Shown here one piece after another: positions 56,119 through 64,000 of a stretch of DNA of 64,000 nt; position 1 is the first letter of the stretch; each line of letters starts with the position of its first letter. The notes under the pieces are model-generated. The model was not told where the DNA came from and did not search any database. It was given only the letters and a program-made list of their open reading frames with translations. Made by a program: the position numbers and the translations under genes. This DNA comes from Eledone cirrhosa (taxonomy: Eukaryota): positions 157,976,001-158,040,000 of the forward strand of contig OZ024741.1 in assembly GCA_964016885.1 (NCBI GenBank). Reading direction: 5' to 3'.

Positions 56119-57001
56119 CATATATATATATTAAACATATTTATATATATATATTTATCACTATCAAACAGAACTAGATATTCATATAATTATCTACACA
56201 TTCTCTACCATATGTAAAAGGAAATTCACCAAAATGATGAATGAACAAATAAGAATAGGGGTGTTCCAACTAACCAGTAGAATAATATAACAGAATGAGA
56301 GAATTGTTGAATAACCGAAAATTATAACTATCTACCGCAATACATGAATGAATGGATGAAATGTGCGAACGAGTGATTGGAGGAATGAATTTCTCAATGA
56401 ATGACATAGTTAACTAATATGGGAAAAAAGGTTGTAATAAATGAATGAGAGAATGAAAGAATTACAAATGTATTTTCTGAAATCAAGACAGACATATTGA
56501 AGAAATATATTTTTAAAAAAAATGTTTTGCATATATCTGAATATCTAATTATGTATACACCCACACACACTCACACATGCACATGCATGTGAGCATGTGT
56601 GAATGTGTGTGGGTGTATACATAATTATATATATATATGTGCCTAAAGTAGAAACAATATATATATATATATATGCATATATATATATATATATATTGTT
56701 TCTACTTTAGGCACAAGGCCAGCAATTACCCAGTGCATTACTGGTACTTTATTTTATCGACCCCGTAAGGATGAAAGGCAAAGTCAACCTCGGCGGGATT
56801 TGAACTCAGATCGTAAATATATATATATATATATATAAATAAATACAATATCAGAGAAAGCTTTTTAGCGATACTCCGGCCAAATTCCAACTCACTCAAC
56901 AAACATTAGGAAATAAGTGATTATATTCCCAATTATGTGTTCGGGGTGCTAACTAAAAGTATTGCGTGGAAAATTGGCTGTATTATTTCAAATGAGACAT
57001 A

Positions 57002-57055
<54 letters not shown>

Positions 57056-57074
57056 CATCATCATCAATATATAT

Positions 57075-57425
57075 ATATCATCATCATCATCATCATCATC
57101 ATCATTTTACGTCCGCTTTTCCCTGCTTGCAAGGGTGGGACGGGAACTGATTCTGGCTTGATTTCTACAGCTGGATGCCCTTCCTAACACCAACCTCATT
57201 TACAGTGAGTGCTGGGTGCTTTTTTGCCGTGGCACCTCCACAACCATTTTGCAGTGGAATGATAGGGACCCCAGTCCCTATCATCTCATTTCTACAGCTC
57301 AGTAAACTGGAGAAATGTGAAATAAAGTGTCTTGCTCAGGGAAACAACACATCACCGGGTCTGAGAATTGAACTCACAACCTTTCGATTGCAAGCCCAAT
57401 GCTCTAACCACTAAGCCATGTGCCT
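57075..57425 (-). mobile_element. Full-length tRNA-derived SINE with RTE-type tail
   Basis: Copy of the 23556-23900 family. Confidence 0.85.
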
Positions 57426-59808
57426 CCATATATATATATATTGCAAGCAGGGAAAAGCATACATAAAAAGCAGGGAAAAGCATACTACCCTAAGTATTGA
57501 GTACTCTGGTGTGTTATGGTCTACCTGGTATCTTACCACACCTTCTTTGTTATATATATATATGTGTGTGTGTGTGTATGTGTGTGCAAAAGGCAAACAG
57601 AAATAACAAAGCAAACGACACAGTACAATGAAGAAATATATTATTAGTTTTATGCTTGATATAGTAGGAAAAGAGTCTTAACTTTTAGTCTTAACTTAGT
57701 CCTTTATCAGAAGATAGAATGAGAAATTAACGAACCAATATATATATATGAGAGGTTACTTTTTCCTGCAGGGTACATAATAGCCCCACCTAGTGGCAGT
57801 ATCACAATGGAATGCATTCAGAATCTATCCACCATCTGGAAAGTTTTTCACGATCAAGGATTTGAAAGGACTCTCCAAACTGGCTGGGCATGTGACAACT
57901 TCTCTAGTGCTGGTGCCAAGATAAAATGCACCCAGTACACTCTGTAAAGTGGTAGTGCTGATGCCTTCGTGAAATGCACCCAGTACACTCTGAAAAGTGG
58001 TAGTGGTGGCGCTGATGCCATGATAAGCCAACCTCAGCAACATCAATAACAATGATAACTACAGCAACTCTAGAATTTCACCTGTGTATTCAGAGGGGAA
58101 TTAGCTTGTGGTAACAACAACAACAACAACATTGGTATAGATTGTGGCAACAACAACAACAATGACAACACCATTGCTATACCTTGTGGTAACAACAGCA
58201 ACAATAACAACAACAGCAACAATAAACACATCAGCAACATCATCAACAACTATAACAATAATAACTACTACATCAACAACAACAGCAGTCATCACCCCAG
58301 TTTCTCACTTTGATTGACATTTCCGACATATTCTAAAGAAAGCCACCATTCCTCAATAAGACTGTCAATCATATATATAACAATCAAGTAAAAAAGTTAT
58401 AGATCAATCATTATGTAGATTGATAAATGGTAGATCAGATATGTATATGTATGTGTATATATATATATAGGGAAAAGTATGACCCCGATGGCAGAGCTCA
58501 AGCCGTTTCGACGGCTATTTCTGGACTGAAATAGCCGTCGAAACGGCTTGAGCTCTGCCGTCGGGGTCATACTTTTTCCTATTTCCTACTCTACTACCCT
58601 AAGTATTGAGTACTCTGGTGCGTTATGGTCCATCTGGTTCCTTACCACAATTCCTTTGTTATATATATATATAATAATAATTATTATTATTATTATTTCT
58701 ACTTTTGGCACAAGGCCAGCAATTATCCCAGTGCATTACTGGTACATTATTTTATCGACCCCGTAAGGATGAAAGGTAAAGTTAACCTCGGCGGGATTTG
58801 AACTCAGATCATAAAGGGCCGTAACTCTATGCTGCAAAGCATGGTGTGTGACTCTCTACCGATACTGCCAATCCACAAGGGTTTAGATTGATATCCAGTG
58901 ATTTTGACCTCTTTGTTTACAATTTGCTCAACAAATTCATTTGGAGCACACACACAGGATTAATTGTAATACAACATTCCCAGCTGGAAGCCTAAGCTAT
59001 GAAAACTGTAATTATTGTATCGGGAGATTAACATGTGAAAACATTAAAGTACTCACAATTTCATCAATTGAAACAACCAGTATCCCCCTAGTTTAGACCA
59101 CAGAAATACACTGGAGTACAAAAGTCCATGTCTAAGCTGGTATAGTACTGTTTGAAATTAAATGGAGAATTCACTGGTCATCGATTAATAATAAATCCAT
59201 ATATAAATATATATATCATTCTGTATCACTATATATTTTTCTCTAAATATAGTTTTTTCAAAAAATCCCCATTCTTTAAATCCATCAGCTAATGACCTCC
59301 ACCCATCCCAGTCACCACTCTCCCCTACCTACAGTATAAATACCATCATATCACATTGACAGTCGACTTTCCTGATGATTTCCTTCGAATAAAACAGTTC
59401 TAGTCCTGTAGTAGCTATTTCTATATTAAATATAAATATACAATTCATTTTTGCCAGCTGAGTGGACTGGAGCAATGTGAAATAAAGTGTCTTGCTCAAG
59501 GACACAACGCACCACTGGGAATCAAACTCACAACCTTATCTTTGTGAGCCGAATACACTAACCACGTGCTTTCACACACATAAATACACATATAAACACA
59601 CATACAAACCGACAACCTTGCCTCAAGTGGGACAACTCCCGTCTAACCCATGCTAGCGTAGAAGATGGGAATTAAACGAAGATGATGATGAAACACAAAC
59701 ATGCACACACACACATATATATATACAAACACACACACATATACACAGGCACATGCACACACATATACAAGCACATAGGCATACACACACACGCACACAT
59801 ATATATAA

Positions 59809-59839
<31 letters not shown>

Positions 59840-61587
59840 CATACACACACATATACATATAAACACACACATTCATACACACTTTACTGTGAAACCCAAT
59901 ATTAAAAAATTTTTCTTTGCTCCTACAAATATTTTGTCACTCTCTCTCAAAATATTACCCCTCTCTCACTAAACCAACAAATTCTCTCCTCTCTCTATAT
60001 CCTACTACATACCTCACTCTCTCACAATTCCCCCCTCTTACACTAGATGACCAAATTGTCTCCCCTCTATATATACCTCATTTTCTATCACTTTCATAAT
60101 TCCTACTCTCTCACTAGCCACCACTCTATAACCCACTACATACCATACTCTCTCTTACTAGACCACCAAATTCATTACATAGTGGTGTGGTGGTGTTGGT
60201 AGTAGTGTGGTGGTAGTGGTAGTGGTGGTGTATTATTTATTACACTTCATCAGAAAGCATATAGTATTGGAATTCAACTATTCACTACGTGGTAGAATTC
60301 AGCAATGAGATTTTCATTTAAGAAAATGTAAATAAGTTAAAAATAGAATGAAATACAGTCAGTTTGTATGATGGGGATAAAGAGTTTCACACTATCAATC
60401 TGTGTACTGTGATTTAGTAAAATTATTCTTTGACCATTGGTATGGATGAAGGTTTTGATGTTTACCATATATGGTCAAGAGGGTAGAGAAGGTATAAAGA
60501 GAAGGACAGAAAAGGAGAGGGTAGAAATTAAGAGTAGGGTATAATGGGTAAGGAGGAAAGGAATTAAGAAAATGAGATTGCTTTGAATATTACTGAATTC
60601 TTTAGGTAAGTGTAAAAAGTTCAAATGCCACAGGAAATGTACTAAAACGGATGTAGTAAAACCTAGGTATTAGGGATCAAATCTTGTTCTAGTCCAGTTT
60701 GTATTTAGCAAAGGTTTTTAGAACCTTGTGTTTGCAATTAAATATCCTATCGTGCCTATATCCTATATAGCATCATCGTCATCATCATCATCATTTAATA
60801 TCCACTTTCCCTGCTAGCAAGAATTGAATGGGTCTTCACAGACAAGGGGTTCGTATCTTGCTTACATAAGGTTCTACATTCTAACAAGTGCATTCTATTG
60901 TGATACCAGCACGAACACAACTGGGAGGTCCTTCCAGCCCTTTGTTTGACAAGCCTTCCACATCTGGATACCGTTCCTAACACCAACCACTTTACAGCAT
61001 GTACTGAGTATTTTTATTGTGTAGATCACCAGCACTAGGGAGGTTGTCAAGTGTTCTCCAAACCTTTTGTATGGCAAGCTTTTTACGGCTGAATGCCCTT
61101 CCTGTCACCAACCACTTTATAGTGTGTACTGGGTTCATTTCACATGTAGATCACCAACACTAGAGAGGCTGTAGTGTCATTGATACAATTGAAGGGACTT
61201 CTCTGAGGGGAGGAAATAGGTGTCAAGTTATAGGTGTATGTGGGGATTTGGCAGGGCAGCAAGCAAGGTGAAGGGATGGCTGATAATGTTTAGGGAGAGG
61301 GTATATAGTGGTGTGAGGAATGGGATCGATAGCATGTGAAAGGGGTGAGTGATGGAGTGGGAGGTAAGGTGTAGAGGTGAAGGGCATGCATAAGGGGTAG
61401 AGTAAGTAGCTACATGGTTGCAATAGTGAGGGTATCTAAGGGCTTTAGAGGAAGTGTAGCTAAGGAGTGGTTCTGGAGAGAGCATGGGTGATGGGTGCTG
61501 TGTTAGTGAGGATAGCTTCAGAGGAGTGCTAGTGGAAGTGAGGTGGGGGACAGGTCATATTATTTTGTTATGCTTGTGGCTGGATAT

Positions 61588-62900
61588 TCATCATCACAGC
61601 ATAGTCCTCTCAATCCTTTATCATCTCAGTTGTGAGGCTTAGTTTATTAAGATCACTCTTCACCATCTTGTCTCAAGTCTTCATGGGTCTGCTTTTTTCA
61701 TAGGTTCCAGCCACTGGGATTTCTCTTAATTTCTTTATGCAGCTACTATCTTCCATTTGCTTCATTTCTTTGCAGTCTTTACAGATCTTCTGCTGTCAAG
61801 GCCCATGTTTTACTGCCATGTCAGCTCAGATATCATAAAGTCTACCCCTCACTCTGAGAAAGAAGTCCTTTGTATTCAGCAGAAGTATCAGCTCTCTAAA
61901 CTTCTTCCAGCCAGTTCTGATCCTGGCTATCACACTTTCAGTACCTCTTCCCCCACTGCTAATTGCCTAGGTAACAAAAGTTGTTGACAACTTCTAAGGA
62001 GCTGCCCTAGTAATTAATGGAATCTACTGCACTTGTTTTTGGTGCTTACTTCTCCTGTACATCTGCCACATATAAAGTCTATCACTTCTGTTAATCTACC
62101 TGCAATCCCGCTACAACTCTTGTGCATTCATAGATTATACTGTGTGAACCTTATATAATTTCTGCCTACCCCATTCTGACATATCAAACATGGCCACTTT
62201 CCTGATGGTATCACCCTCCTGTCCTCTTTCCTACTTATTTTAACACTTTCATCTTTGCTAAGTTTACTTTTATACCTTTCAACCCTAGGTCCTTTTTCCA
62301 TGCTTAAAATTTTGTCTCTAACTCTCCTACAGATTCAGCTATGAGGACTATAAGAGCTTCCATGGAGTGCCAGTTTTAAACTCCTCAATGATAGTTTCAA
62401 TGACAATAATAAAGAGAAGGGGACCACAGACTGAGCCCTAGTGAATCTCCACCTACACTTCCAACTTCATCACTATACTTGTTTCCAACTCTTACTCCAT
62501 TGGTTGCTCTCTTACACATGGCCTGCATGGCCCTCATAAGCCATTCATCTACACCTAGATTACAGAATGTAGGCACTTTTCAGAGGCCTTCTCATTATCT
62601 ACAAAAGCCCGATATAGCGGCTTACTCTTAGTTAAGTACATCTCCTATAGTGGGTAGTACCTCTACCTGGCATAAATCCAAACTGTATCTCATCTAATGT
62701 GACTCTGTCTCTAATTAGTTGTACTATAACCCTTTCAGCAACTTTCATGACCTGGTCCATCTACTTGATGCCTTTGTAGTTATTTCTCTCTCGTGCATCT
62801 CTTTTGCCCTTGTAGCAATTTAAAATAATATTGCTGTGCCAGTCATTGGGTACACCCCTTTCTCTACTACCAGATTAACTATGCAGCTGACTAGTGCATA
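61588..62900 (-). mobile_element. Degenerate RTE LINE (RT region to 3' end)
   Basis: Remnants [49 protein letters not shown]. Confidence 0.8.
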
Positions 62901-63486
62901 TCCAACAATGGGTGTTTGATAAAAATGCCAAGATAATAAGAAAGTAGAAGAATAAAAAGAACACAGTGAAGTGAAATAAAAGAGTGAGGATGATAATAAG
63001 TTATCTTAGCAATTTTTAATGATCCAAAATATTTTCGGATTTTCCATCCTCAGATTTTCCATCAAGCAGAGAGAAAACTTGATAATGGATGGAAAATCCC
63101 AAAATATTTTGGATCATTAAAAATTGCTAAGGTAACTTCCTCACACTTTTATTTCATTTCTCTGTGTTCTTTTTATTCTTCTACTTTCTTGTTACCTTGG
63201 CATTTTTACCAAACATGCATTATTGGACTTCCAGATAACCAAACTTATTTTTTTATTTGTTTTTAGATCTTATATTCCACAATGCTTCAAGCAAACTACA
63301 ACACTATATCTTCCAATTCTAACCCCCCCCCCCCTTCCCCTCAATCTAACTTATTTCTCATTCTTTCTTCTGATGAAGGACTAGCGTCCGAAACGTTAAG
63401 ACCTTCCTTCCTGCTATATCACGCGTTAACCTAATATATCCCTTCCATATACTGTACCGATTGTGTTGTTATTTCTGTTTATCTTT

Positions 63487-63490
<4 letters not shown>
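62901..63490 (+). mobile_element. PLE-type terminal region: ~145-bp inverted repeat followed by HHR
   Basis: Arms ~62901-63049 and ~63088-63227 are reverse complements. HHR at 63366 and (TA)-rich sequence downstream. Confidence 0.6.
63366..63401 (+). ncRNA. Minimal type I hammerhead ribozyme (PLE-type)
   Basis: tctt-CTGATGA-a-ggac-tagc-gtcc-GAAACGTT-aaga. Perfect stems I and II, palindromic AACGTT stem III. Confidence 0.78.
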
Positions 63491-63518
<28 letters not shown>

Positions 63519-64000
63519 CATATAAATAATGCAAGAAGCAACGAAAATATCAGTGATATGAAAAGATTTCCTGGTGAAAGTTCAGGTAAACTCCGAGTGT
63601 AGATCCAGTTTCAGAGTGAAAATCCAATTTGAAAATCCATTGAATTGTTTACCTTTTACATACAAACATATATATATATACTTTTATTCAGTTGATGAAA
63701 GCTGGTTGATCAAATAGCACTTTGTAACATATTTTTTGTTCCCTGGTTCTAAGTGTCATTTCCTGGTTTGTTATATCCCATTATTATAAAAAAAACACTA
63801 TTATTTCATCAGAAGTTTGATATTTCAAAATTTTCATATTTTTCAAGAAAAAACACATTTTTTTTTAATTTATCAGTTCATATAATTAAAGCAACAGAGT
63901 ATATATTTATTTTATTACACAAGCTGGTCAAAAGCAAACAAGTAAAAGCAAATAACACTTATAAAGCAACTTATACATGTCAGAAATGACTGGATTTCCT

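Overview
AT-rich, microsatellite-dense eukaryotic DNA. The RTE LINE and tRNA-SINE repertoire suggests an octopod cephalopod; this is an inference. One host gene is well supported. It is a minus-strand, 4-coding-exon, ~519-aa secreted acidic prohormone (ATG at 22547, proposed stop at 8089) with a signal peptide, many dibasic cleavage sites and a KR-AKEVLMFGNQQN motif recalled from insect prohormone-2/NVP-like precursors. Its first coding intron holds a 5'-truncated but stop-free Penelope-like element (RT + C-terminal GIY-YIG) inserted in (TA)n. This element is followed by two hammerhead-ribozyme (HHR) motifs, one with an unusually large (~90-nt) branched stem II. Further minimal HHRs and fold-back inverted repeats recur across the window. 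Other content includes many RTE LINE copies with partner SINEs sharing their 3' tail, Helitron-like and hAT-like non-autonomous elements, stacked Tx1-like 3' ends in (TCTA)n, a U2 snRNA pseudogene, and a hidden stop-free CxxC-repeat reading frame. All calls were made by eye with no database searches, and repeat boundaries are approximate.
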